Assembly (NCBI GenBank): GCA_963827435.1
Contig: CAWHAU010000020.1
Location: 89,999 to 153,998 of the forward strand
Direction: 5' to 3'
From: an uncultured Actinomycetota bacterium
Lineage (GTDB): Bacteria; Actinomycetota; Actinomycetes; Propionibacteriales; Nocardioidaceae
Length of the DNA stretch: 64,000 nt
Within the stretch, counting starts at the first letter, position 1. The number at the start of each line of letters is the position of its first letter. The notes beneath the pieces were generated by a model. That model saw nothing but the letters and a program-made list of their open reading frames with translations. It had not been told where the DNA came from and did no database searches. The position numbers and the translations under genes were made by a program. Positions 54,728 through 62,623 of this stretch are shown here, piece by piece.

Positions 54728-55927
54728 ATGCCTCGCACCATCGGCCTCACGGAGCGCCGGGCCCGGCTCGCCCGCCGCCATCGGCTGCTCCCGGAGCTGC
54801 GCACCGACGACGTCGCCGTCCTCGCGGACGGCGTCGTCGCGCTGCACTCCACCGACCCGGTCACGGTCTACCTCTCTGCGATGCTGCGCATGGAGCACCC
54901 GTCCGTCGAGGCGGTCGAGCAGGCGTTGTACGTCGACCGGACCGTGATCCGGCACCACGCGATGCGCCGCACGCTGTGGGTGGCGACCCCGCCCGTCGTA
55001 CGCCAGATGCATGCGGCCGCGACCCGCAACCTCATCGGGCCCGAGCACCGCCGGACCGCGGGGCTGCTGGCCGAGAACGGCGTCGACGACCCCGACGCCT
55101 GGCTCGCCGACGCCCGCGACCAGGTGCTCGCGGCCCTCCACGAGCACGGGCCGCTGACCGCCCGCGCGCTCGGCCAGAAGGTCCCGGCTCTCACCCACAA
55201 GATCGTGATGGCACCGGGCAAGAAGTACTCCGCCACCGTCTCGGCGCACACCCGGGTGCTGCTCCACCTCGGCTTCGAGGGCCGGATCCTGCGGACCAGG
55301 CCCACCGGCACCTGGATCAACGGCGCGTACACCTACGCCGCCGCGGACTCCTGGCTGGACGGCGGGCTCGGCGACCTCGATCCGCGCGAGGCGGCGCGCG
55401 ACCTGGCCCTGCGGTGGCTGCACGCCTTCGGGCCCGGCACCACCACCGACCTCCAGTGGTGGATGGGCTGGACGGTCGCCACCACCAAGAAGGCGCTGGC
55501 CGACTGCGGCGCCGTCGAGGTGCACGTCGACAGCGGACCCGCCTGGGTCGCGCCGGGCGACGAGGAGCCGGTCGCCGGCGCGGAGCCGTGGGTCGCGCTG
55601 CTGCCCGGGCTCGACCCCACCACGATGGGCTGGAAGGAGCGCGCGTGGTACCTCCCCGCTGCCTGTGCCGACACCTTCGACCGGATGGGCAACGCCGGCC
55701 CGACCCTGTGGGTCGACGGCGAGGTCGTGGGCGGCTGGGTCCAGTCCGCCGACGGCGAGATCCGGATGCGCGCGTACGTCGACCTGCCGCCCGCCCGACG
55801 TCGCGAGCTGCGCGAGAGGGCCGACGAGCTCGCGAAGCTGCTCGGGGACACCCGCTTCACGGTGCGGTTCCCGAGCACCCTGTCGGCCGCGCTGTTCAAG
55901 GGCGCGGGGGCGGACGATCTACTCTGA
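54728..55927 (+). CDS. HTH_42 winged-helix protein, AlkZ/YcaQ-like DNA glycosylase family
   Basis: ALHSTDPVTVYLS, HAMRRTLW, FGPGTTTDLQWWMGW, LLPGLDPTTMGW and GPTLWVDGEVVGGW motifs. Confidence 0.82.
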   Translation: MPRTIGLTERRARLARRHRLLPELRTDDVAVLADGVVALHSTDPVTVYLSAMLRMEHPSVEAVEQALYVDRTVIRHHAMRRTLWVATPPVVRQMHAAATRNLIGPEHRRTAGLLAENGVDDPDAWLADARDQVLAALHEHGPLTARALGQKVPALTHKIVMAPGKKYSATVSAHTRVLLHLGFEGRILRTRPTGTWINGAYTYAAADSWLDGGLGDLDPREAARDLALRWLHAFGPGTTTDLQWWMGWTVATTKKALADCGAVEVHVDSGPAWVAPGDEEPVAGAEPWVALLPGLDPTTMGWKERAWYLPAACADTFDRMGNAGPTLWVDGEVVGGWVQSADGEIRMRAYVDLPPARRRELRERADELAKLLGDTRFTVRFPSTLSAALFKGAGADDLL

Positions 55928-55931
55928 CGCC

Positions 55932-56552
55932 ATGACCATGGCTGCTCCCGTCGAGGCGGGCACGCGCGACGTCTGGACCCACCCCGAGCAGGAGCGCGTC
56001 GGCACCTCCGCGACCGTCGTGACCGGGGTGCGCACGGTCGCCTCCGTCGTCCTCGCCGGCCTCGCGGCGCAGAGCGACAGCCTGCCGCTGCTGGTCGCGG
56101 CGCTGGTCGTCTACTGGGCCGGCGACAGCCTCGACGGGTTCGTGGCCCGGGTCCGCGGCTGCGAGACCCGGATCGGCGCGGTGCTCGACATCCTGTCCGA
56201 CCGGTTCTGCGCGGCGTCGTTCTACCTGGGGCTGGTGTGGCTGCAGCCCGAGTTCGCGGTGCCGGTGTTCATCTACCTCGCCGAGTTCATGGTCGTCGAC
56301 TGCTTCCTGTCGCTGGCGTTCCTCGCCTGGCCGGTGCGCAGCCCCAACTACTTCTACGTGATCGACCGGCCGCTGTGGCTGTGGAACTGGTCCAAGCCCG
56401 GCAAGGCGGTCAACTCCTCGCTGTTCGCCGTCCTGCTGCTGGTCACCGGCTGGGTGTGGCTCGGGGCCGCGATCGCGACCGGGCTGCTGGTGCTCAAGTG
56501 CGTGTCGCTGGTCCGGCTCGGCCGCATCGGGCTGCCGGTGCCCGGCCGCTGA
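55932..56552 (+). CDS. CDP-alcohol phosphatidyltransferase
   Basis: DSLDGFVAR...ETRIGAVLDILSDR matches DxxDGxxAR...GxxxDxxxD. Confidence 0.9.
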   Translation: MTMAAPVEAGTRDVWTHPEQERVGTSATVVTGVRTVASVVLAGLAAQSDSLPLLVAALVVYWAGDSLDGFVARVRGCETRIGAVLDILSDRFCAASFYLGLVWLQPEFAVPVFIYLAEFMVVDCFLSLAFLAWPVRSPNYFYVIDRPLWLWNWSKPGKAVNSSLFAVLLLVTGWVWLGAAIATGLLVLKCVSLVRLGRIGLPVPGR

Positions 56553-56572
56553 CGCACGGTAGAGTTCGGCGC

Positions 56573-56719
56573 ATGTCGCTCACGCCTCTCGTCACCGTGG
56601 CCGCCGCCGAGTCCAGCGGTGGCATCAACCCGTGGTTCGTCGGCATCGGCGTCTTCGTCCTCCTCCTGGTCATGCTCGGTGGCCTGCTGGCCTTCGGCGG
56701 CGGCCGCGACCACTCCTGA
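56573..56719 (+). CDS. Small single-TM membrane protein upstream of nadD
   Basis: MSLTPLVTVAAAESSGGINPWFVGIGVFVLLLVMLGGLLAFGGGRDHS; TAGAGT-N7-ATG start. Confidence 0.7.
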   Translation: MSLTPLVTVAAAESSGGINPWFVGIGVFVLLLVMLGGLLAFGGGRDHS

Positions 56720-56751
56720 GCTCACCTGTGACCGTGCAGTGACGAGGACGC

Positions 56752-57402
56752 GTGGCTGAGCAGCACCGGGACCCGGCGCGTCGACGCATCGGCGTCATGG
56801 GCGGCACGTTCGACCCCATCCACCACGGTCACCTCGTCGCCGCCAGCGAGGTCCAGGCCTGGTACGACCTCGACGAGGTCGTCTTCGTGCCGACCGGGCA
56901 GCCGTGGCAGAAGCAGGAGCGGGTGGTCTCCCCGGCGGAGGACCGCTACCTCATGACGGTCATCGCGACGGCCTCGAACCCCCGGTTCTGGGTCTCCCGC
57001 GTGGACATCGACCGGGACGGTCCGACGTACACCATCGACACGCTGCGCGACCTCCGCAAGGAGCTCCCGGACGCCGACCTGTTCTTCATCACCGGCGCCG
57101 ACGCCCTCAGCGACATCTTCACCTGGCGCGACGCCGACGAGCTGTTCGACCTCGCGCACTTCGTGGGCTGCACCCGGCCGGGCTTCACGATGGACCACTC
57201 GACGCTGAGCGGGATGCCCGAGGACAAGGTCACGATCATCGAGATCCCCGCGCTGGCCATCTCCTCGACCGACTGCCGCAAGCGCCGCATGCGGGGTGAG
57301 CCCGTGTGGTACCTCGTCCCCGACGGGGTCGTGCAGTACATCACCAAGTACGCCCTCTACACCCCCGAGAAACCCACCTCGAAGCTAGGACCGACACCAT
57401 GA
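56752..57402 (+). CDS. nadD: Nicotinate-nucleotide adenylyltransferase
   Basis: [25 protein letters not shown] and ISSTDCR motifs. Confidence 0.96.
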   Translation: MAEQHRDPARRRIGVMGGTFDPIHHGHLVAASEVQAWYDLDEVVFVPTGQPWQKQERVVSPAEDRYLMTVIATASNPRFWVSRVDIDRDGPTYTIDTLRDLRKELPDADLFFITGADALSDIFTWRDADELFDLAHFVGCTRPGFTMDHSTLSGMPEDKVTIIEIPALAISSTDCRKRRMRGEPVWYLVPDGVVQYITKYALYTPEKPTSKLGPTP

Positions 57403-57779
57403 CCGCCACCGACCGGGCCCTCGAGCTCGTCCGCACCGCCGCCCAGGCCGCGTCGGACAAGCTCGCCGAGAACATCGTGGCCTTCGACGTGTCCGACCAG
57501 CTGGTCATCACCGACGCGTTCCTGCTGGCCTCCGCGCCCAACGACCGCCAGGTCAAGGCGATCGTCGACGCGATCGAGGACGGCCTGCGCGAGATCGGCG
57601 CCAAGCCCGTACGTCGCGAGGGGGAGCGCGACGGCCGGTGGGTGCTCATCGACTACGCCGACATCGTCGTGCACGTGCAGCACGAGGAGGAGCGGTCGTT
57701 CTACGCCCTCGAGCGGCTCTGGCGCGACTGCCCGCTGATCGCCCTGCCGGACACGGTCACCTCCGGCCGCGACCGGTGA
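57399..57779 (+). CDS. rsfS: Ribosome silencing factor
   Basis: [28 protein letters not shown] and [10 protein letters not shown] motifs. Confidence 0.95.
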   Translation: MTATDRALELVRTAAQAASDKLAENIVAFDVSDQLVITDAFLLASAPNDRQVKAIVDAIEDGLREIGAKPVRREGERDGRWVLIDYADIVVHVQHEEERSFYALERLWRDCPLIALPDTVTSGRDR

Positions 57780-58435
57780 TCTCCGGCGAGAGCCGGCGCC
57801 TGGTCCTGCTCCGGCACGGCCGCACCGCCTGGAACGACTCCGGGCGGGCCCAGGGCCACGCCGACATCGAGCTCGACGAGGTCGGCCACCGGCAGGCGGC
57901 CGCCGCCGCGCCCGCGCTCGCCGCGCTGCGGCCGAGCGCCCTGTGGACCTCCGACCTGGCGAGGGCCCGGCAGACCTGTGCGTACGTCGAGCGCGCCACC
58001 GGTCTCGCCGCCAAGGTCGACGAGCGGCTCCGGGAGTACGACGTCGGCGCCCGGCAGGGCCTGGACACCGCGCAGTTCCGCGAGCGCTTCCCCGAGGCAT
58101 TCGAGTCCTGGGCGTGTGGCGACGAGGAGCACCTGGTCCCCGGCGCCGAGTCGACGTCTGACGTCCTGCGCCGGATGGTGCCGGCGCTCCGCGAGTTCCT
58201 GGCATCCCTGGACGCAGGCGAGACCGGCATCGTGGTCACCCACGGCGCCTCGCTGAAGGACGCGATGTTCGACCTGCTCGGCTGGTCGCAGCAGCAGGAG
58301 CCGTCGCTGCGGGGCATGGACAACTGCGCATGGGCGGTCCTGGTCGAGCACCCCACCCTCGATCGGCTGCGGCTCGCGACGTACAACCAGCAGGTCACCG
58401 GCCCCGATTTCGCATCCGCGGAGGGCGTTGGATAA
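57776..58435 (+). CDS. Histidine phosphatase (phosphoglycerate mutase family, GpgP-like position)
   Basis: LLRHGRTAWN, QGHADIEL, SDLARA.QT, LRE, GAES and VTHG motifs. Confidence 0.9.
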   Translation: MISGESRRLVLLRHGRTAWNDSGRAQGHADIELDEVGHRQAAAAAPALAALRPSALWTSDLARARQTCAYVERATGLAAKVDERLREYDVGARQGLDTAQFRERFPEAFESWACGDEEHLVPGAESTSDVLRRMVPALREFLASLDAGETGIVVTHGASLKDAMFDLLGWSQQQEPSLRGMDNCAWAVLVEHPTLDRLRLATYNQQVTGPDFASAEGVG

Positions 58436-58464
58436 GATTCCCGGGTTGCCCGGACAAGGGCGGC

Positions 58465-58540
58465 GGGGCTGTGGCGCAGCTGGTAGCGCACCTCCATGGC
58501 ATGGAGGGGGTCAGGGGTTCGAGTCCCCTCAGCTCCACCA
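58465..58540 (+). tRNA. tRNA-Ala(GGC)
   Basis: 76-nt cloverleaf with G3:U70, CCTCC-ATGGCAT-GGAGG anticodon arm and encoded CCA; TAAGAT -10 element at 58433-58438. Confidence 0.97.
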
Positions 58541-58979
58541 GATCGACGACAGGCCGGTTCCCGATGCTGGGGGCCGGCCTTCGTGCTGCGTGGGCGCAGC
58601 TGGTAGCGGCTCCGTCATCTCCGGCCATGGCATGGAGGGGGTCAGGGGTTCGAGTCCCCTCAGCTCCACCAGAAGAACGATCGACAGGCCGGTTCCCGAG
58701 GCGGGGGCCGGCCTTCGTGCTGCGTGGGCGCAGCTGGTAGCGGCTCCGTCATCTCCGGCCATGGCATGGAGGGGGTCAGGGGTTCGAGTCCCCTCAGCTC
58801 CACCAGATCGACACGGCCGGTTCCCGGGTTGGGGGCCGGCCTTCGTGCTGCGTGGGCGCAGCTGGTAGCGGCTCCGTCAGCTCCGGCCATGGCATGGAGG
58901 GGGTCAGGGGTTCGAGTCCCCTCAGCTCCACCAGATCGACACGGCCGGTTCCCGGGTCGGGGCCGGCCTCGCTGCGTGG
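58541..58979 (+). repeat. Tandem array of three tRNA-Ala-derived units plus a fourth hairpin
   Basis: The 47-nt tRNA 3' part is repeated exactly at 58625-58671, 58759-58805 and 58887-58933 (periods 131, 134, 128). Each copy is preceded by a GC hairpin and a D-arm remnant ggcgcagctggtagcg. Confidence 0.95.
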
Positions 58980-59241
58980 TGGATCCCGGTCCGGCTGGTC
59001 GAGCTTGTCGAGACACCCAGATCGGGCTCTGCGGAAGGCGGCCTCGACTGGCTCGACCCATGGTCGGTCACCGACGGGTCGCGCGGCTCTGGACGATCAG
59101 CGGTGTCTGCGGCCGCGGCGCTCTCGTCCGCGGGCAGAAGGTCTGGAAATTTCCGTTTACCGTCGAGGACGGAAAAGGTGCCCTACGCTGACCGTCGCCC
59201 GCCATCCTCGGCGGTCATCCACAAGCCTCTCGGGGGACCTC

Positions 59242-59832
59242 ATGACATCACGCCTGCGCCGCACATGTGCGGCAGCCATTCTCACCCTGCTTGCTGTCGG
59301 CCAGACCGGGCCGGCGAGCGCCCAGAGCCTGGTTGAGCGCGACGCCCACGCTGATGTTCGTTCGGCCCCCGTCGACGGAGACACGTCAGCCCCCGAGCCA
59401 ACCGTGACCGACGGCGACATCGAATCGTCGCTGCTCACCCACGGCCGTTACCGGATCGGGGTCCGCATCAAGTTCGCGGATCTGCAGAAGGCCGGGGACT
59501 ACCGGGGACATGTCGTCCAAGTGGTCACGAACGAAGGGGTGCACCGCGACGTCGTGCTGTCCGTGGGGCCGAACATGTGGCGCGGGATGTCCGAGATGGA
59601 CCGTCCCAGCGGTGCCAAGGTTCGGTGCGCGGTCCGGCACTCCATCGACTACACGAACCACGTCGTCACCGTCGGCTTCCCCCGCAGCTGCGTCAGCAAC
59701 CCCCGCTGGGTCCGGCTCGGGGTCGGCTCCTTCTCCGTGGCGGGCGAGACCGCCTACGCCGACGACGTTCTGCTCGCGAACAAGATCTACGACAACTCGC
59801 TCGCACTGTCCGCGAGGCTCAGGCGCGCCTGA
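59242..59832 (+). CDS. Secreted hypothetical protein
   Basis: Signal peptide MTSRLRRTCAAAILTLLAVGQTGPASA; beta-rich body with a Cys pair (VRCAVRHSIDY...FPRSCVSNPRWVR); less GC3-biased codon use than core genes. Confidence 0.75.
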   Translation: MTSRLRRTCAAAILTLLAVGQTGPASAQSLVERDAHADVRSAPVDGDTSAPEPTVTDGDIESSLLTHGRYRIGVRIKFADLQKAGDYRGHVVQVVTNEGVHRDVVLSVGPNMWRGMSEMDRPSGAKVRCAVRHSIDYTNHVVTVGFPRSCVSNPRWVRLGVGSFSVAGETAYADDVLLANKIYDNSLALSARLRRA

Positions 59833-60029
59833 GTGCTGCTCCGAAGCCCCGCCTGATGTCGTCGCGCTGACGGCGTGCGTGGCTGGCTGGCCTCCGTTGA
59901 GGTCGAGGCGGGGGCGTTTCCTCACCGTGACTCGGCACCGACGCGTCGAAGGCCGACAACCCGGGTGACGTGCTGGGGTGGAGGGTAGGTCGCCGCGGTG
60001 CGGGCCACACCCGGCGGCGCCACTCGCAC

Positions 60030-60097
60030 GTCAGGACGGCAGCAGCCCACCCAGATCGTGACAGCCCGGTTCCCACTCGGGCATCGGCCTTCGTGCT
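60030..60097 (+). repeat. Degenerate distal copy of the tRNA-Ala 3' end plus hairpin
   Basis: cagcccacccagatcgtgacagcccggttccc...tcggccttcgtgct aligns with cagctccaccagatcgacgacaggccggttccc...ccggccttcgtgct of the array. Confidence 0.6.
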
Positions 60098-60106
60098 CTC
60101 TGCCGA

Positions 60107-60616
60107 CTAGAACTGCTGCTGCGACGCGGTGTGCCCGGGGAGCTGGGCCAGCAGCTCGCGTCCGGCGGCGGCGTGCTTGTGCTCGACGAGCACCTCGTAG
60201 CGGGTCGCGACGATCCGGCTCACCGAGCTGAAGTCCCGCTGGCCGCGGGCGGCGGCGTACCCGACGAGCGCCCAGATGACGCCGAACAGCGCGCCGAACG
60301 CGACCGTCGACAGGATGATCGGCAGCGCATTGCCGGTGCCGAAGAAGGAGAAGATCAGGCCGATGAACAGGCCCATCCAGACACCGGAGAGCAGGCCGCC
60401 GATGGCGACCCGACCGGTGGTGAGCCGTCCGGTGACCCGCTCGACCTGCTTGAGCTCGGTGCCGACGATCATGCAGTTCTCGACCGGGAACTCGTGGTCG
60501 GAGAGGAAGTCGACGGCCCGCTGCGCCTGCTCGTACTTGTCGTAGACCCCCAGCGACTGCGGGAACTCCAGGGTGAGCCCGGACCGCAGTCCGCGGATGT
60601 TCTGCTGGCTGCTCAT
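60107..60616 (-). CDS. General stress protein (17M / YflT-like domain)
   Basis: SLGVYDKYEQAQRAVDFLSDHEFPVEN..IVGTELKQVERVTGRLT, two TM helices, then RDFSS...ATRYEVLVE. Confidence 0.82.
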   Translation of the reverse strand: MSSQQNIRGLRSGLTLEFPQSLGVYDKYEQAQRAVDFLSDHEFPVENCMIVGTELKQVERVTGRLTTGRVAIGGLLSGVWMGLFIGLIFSFFGTGNALPIILSTVAFGALFGVIWALVGYAAARGQRDFSSVSRIVATRYEVLVEHKHAAAGRELLAQLPGHTASQQQF

Positions 60617-60689
60617 GGGCCCATCTTCCCACCGGATCCCAAGGGTGGGCTGAGCGCCGGCCGTGCGTATGTCACCGGGCGGTGGCTCG

Positions 60690-61451
60690 TCAGGTGATCG
60701 TCATGCCGCCGTCGACGGCGATCGTCTGCCCGGTGACGTAGCCGCCGGCGTCGCTGGCCAGGAACACCAGCGCGGCTGCGAGCTCGATGCCTTCACCCTT
60801 GCGTCCGGCCGGCACGCGGGTCATCGCCTGGTCGAGATAGCCGTCGGGGTAGGTGTCGGTCATCTCCGAGGCGAAGAAGCCGGGCGCGAGCGCGTTGACC
60901 CGGATGCCCTTGCGGCCGGTCCACTGCTGCGCGAGGTCGCGGGTGAGGCCGATCAGCCCGGCCTTGGTCGCGGAGTACGCCGCCTGCGGCAGGCCGCCGG
61001 TGGTCAGGCCGAGGACGCTGCTGATGTTGACGATGCTGCTGCCGGGCTGCATCACCCGCCCGCAGGCCTGCGCCATCCAGTAGCACCCGTTGAGGTTCAC
61101 GTCGACGACCTGGCGGAACTGCTCGGGGGTCTCCCGGGTGGCGGGGACGGCGGTGCCGACGCCCGCGTTGTTGACGAGTACGTCGACCCGGCCGAGCTCC
61201 CGCATCGCGGTGTCGACGAGCCGCTGGCAGGCCTCGGGGTCGGCGACATCGGTCTGCACGGCCAGCGCCCGACGCCCCGCCGCCTCGACGAGCGCCTTGG
61301 TCTCCTCGAGCCGGTCCACCCGTCGGGCGCCGAGGACCACGTCAGCACCGGCCTCGGCCAGGGCCTGGGCGAAGGAGACGCCGAGCCCGGAGGAGGCACC
61401 GGTGACGATGGCCACCTTGCCGTCGAGACGGAACAGGTCGAGCACGCTCAT
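60690..61451 (-). CDS. Short-chain dehydrogenase/reductase
   Basis: TGASSGLG, NNAG, YSATK and VNALAPG motifs. Confidence 0.92.
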   Translation of the reverse strand: MSVLDLFRLDGKVAIVTGASSGLGVSFAQALAEAGADVVLGARRVDRLEETKALVEAAGRRALAVQTDVADPEACQRLVDTAMRELGRVDVLVNNAGVGTAVPATRETPEQFRQVVDVNLNGCYWMAQACGRVMQPGSSIVNISSVLGLTTGGLPQAAYSATKAGLIGLTRDLAQQWTGRKGIRVNALAPGFFASEMTDTYPDGYLDQAMTRVPAGRKGEGIELAAALVFLASDAGGYVTGQTIAVDGGMTIT

Positions 61452-61501
61452 GCAGTCTCCTTGTTCGACAGCCGGGTCAGGCAGCGGGTCAGTCAGGCGG
61501 G

Positions 61502-62470
61502 TCAGGCAGGGTCGTGGGCGCGGCGTGCCGACCAGGCGCTGGCGACCATCTCGTCGACGGTGTGCCGCATCTTCCAGTCCAGGTCACGGGCGGCCAGCTC
61601 GCCGGACGCGACGATCCGGGCCGGGTCGCCGGGGCGGCGCGGGTGCACCTCGGGCTCGAAGTCGATGCCGGTCACCCGGGCCATCGCGTCCATGATCTGC
61701 CGGACGGAGAGCCCGTCGCCGCTGCCGAGGTTGTAGACCGGCGCGAGCGTCGTACCCGCCTCGAGGGCCTGCGCGGCGGCCACGTGCGAGACGGCGAGGT
61801 CGGCGACGTGGATGTAGTCGCGCACGCAGGTCCCGTCGGGGGTGGGGTAGTCGTCGCCGTTGATCCGCGGGGTCCGGCCCTCGATGAGCGCCTCGATCAC
61901 CAGCGGGAACAGGTTGTGCGGGCTCGTGTCGTAGACCTCGTCGGAGCCCGAGCCGACGACGTTGAAGTAGCGCAGCGACGTGTGGGCCAGCCCGGTCGCG
62001 GTCTCCTGGTCGCGCAGCAGCCACTCGCCGATGAGCTTGGACTCGCCGTACGGCGACTCGGGCCGCGTCGGGGTGTCCTCGGTGACGGTGTCCACGTCCG
62101 GGGTGCCGAAGGTCGCGGCGCTCGAGGAGAAGACGACCTTGGCGACCCCCGCCTCGGCCATCGCCTTGAGCACGCTCACCGTGCCCGTGACGTTCTGCTC
62201 GTAGGTGTGCAGCGGCCGCTGGACGGAGACGCCGGCGTACTTGAACCCGGCCACGTGCACGACACCGGTGACGTCGTGCTCACGCAGCGTGCGGACCAGC
62301 AGGTCGGTGTCGAGGACGGTCCCGTCGACGAACGGCACGTCCGCGGGCACGAACTCCCGGTGGCCGCTGGAGAGGTCGTCGAGCACGACGGCGTCGAGGC
62401 CCTGGGCCTGGAACGCCCGCACCACGTGCGCGCCGATGTAGCCCGCCCCGCCGGTCACCAACCACGTCAT
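61502..62470 (-). CDS. galE: UDP-glucose 4-epimerase
   Basis: TGGAGYIG, FSSSAA, YGESK, LRYFN, DGTCVRDYIHV and RRPGD motifs. Confidence 0.94.
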   Translation of the reverse strand: MTWLVTGGAGYIGAHVVRAFQAQGLDAVVLDDLSSGHREFVPADVPFVDGTVLDTDLLVRTLREHDVTGVVHVAGFKYAGVSVQRPLHTYEQNVTGTVSVLKAMAEAGVAKVVFSSSAATFGTPDVDTVTEDTPTRPESPYGESKLIGEWLLRDQETATGLAHTSLRYFNVVGSGSDEVYDTSPHNLFPLVIEALIEGRTPRINGDDYPTPDGTCVRDYIHVADLAVSHVAAAQALEAGTTLAPVYNLGSGDGLSVRQIMDAMARVTGIDFEPEVHPRRPGDPARIVASGELAARDLDWKMRHTVDEMVASAWSARRAHDPA

Positions 62471-62623
62471 CCGTCTCGTCTCCGTCCTCTGTCGCCGGTG
62501 CTCGCGTTCGTCCGAGCCGCACCCTAGGGCACCTCCGGAACTCGTCGGTCGCTGCGTGCATGAGTTGTCCGGATACGGGGGAGTAAGCCTCCTGGGGGGT
62601 CAGTCCGGATCAAAGGAGATTCG

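Noticed and set aside
58541-58933. Calling the three downstream units functional tRNA genes
   Set aside because: The acceptor stem has mismatches at pairs 1 and 3 (no G3:U70), there are extra bases before the D-arm, and the anticodon stem is disrupted by an insertion.
58330-59191. Repetitive ORFs (e.g. GHGMEGVRGSSPLSST) over the tRNA array
   Set aside because: They are translations of the tRNA repeats, with no RBS or coding bias.
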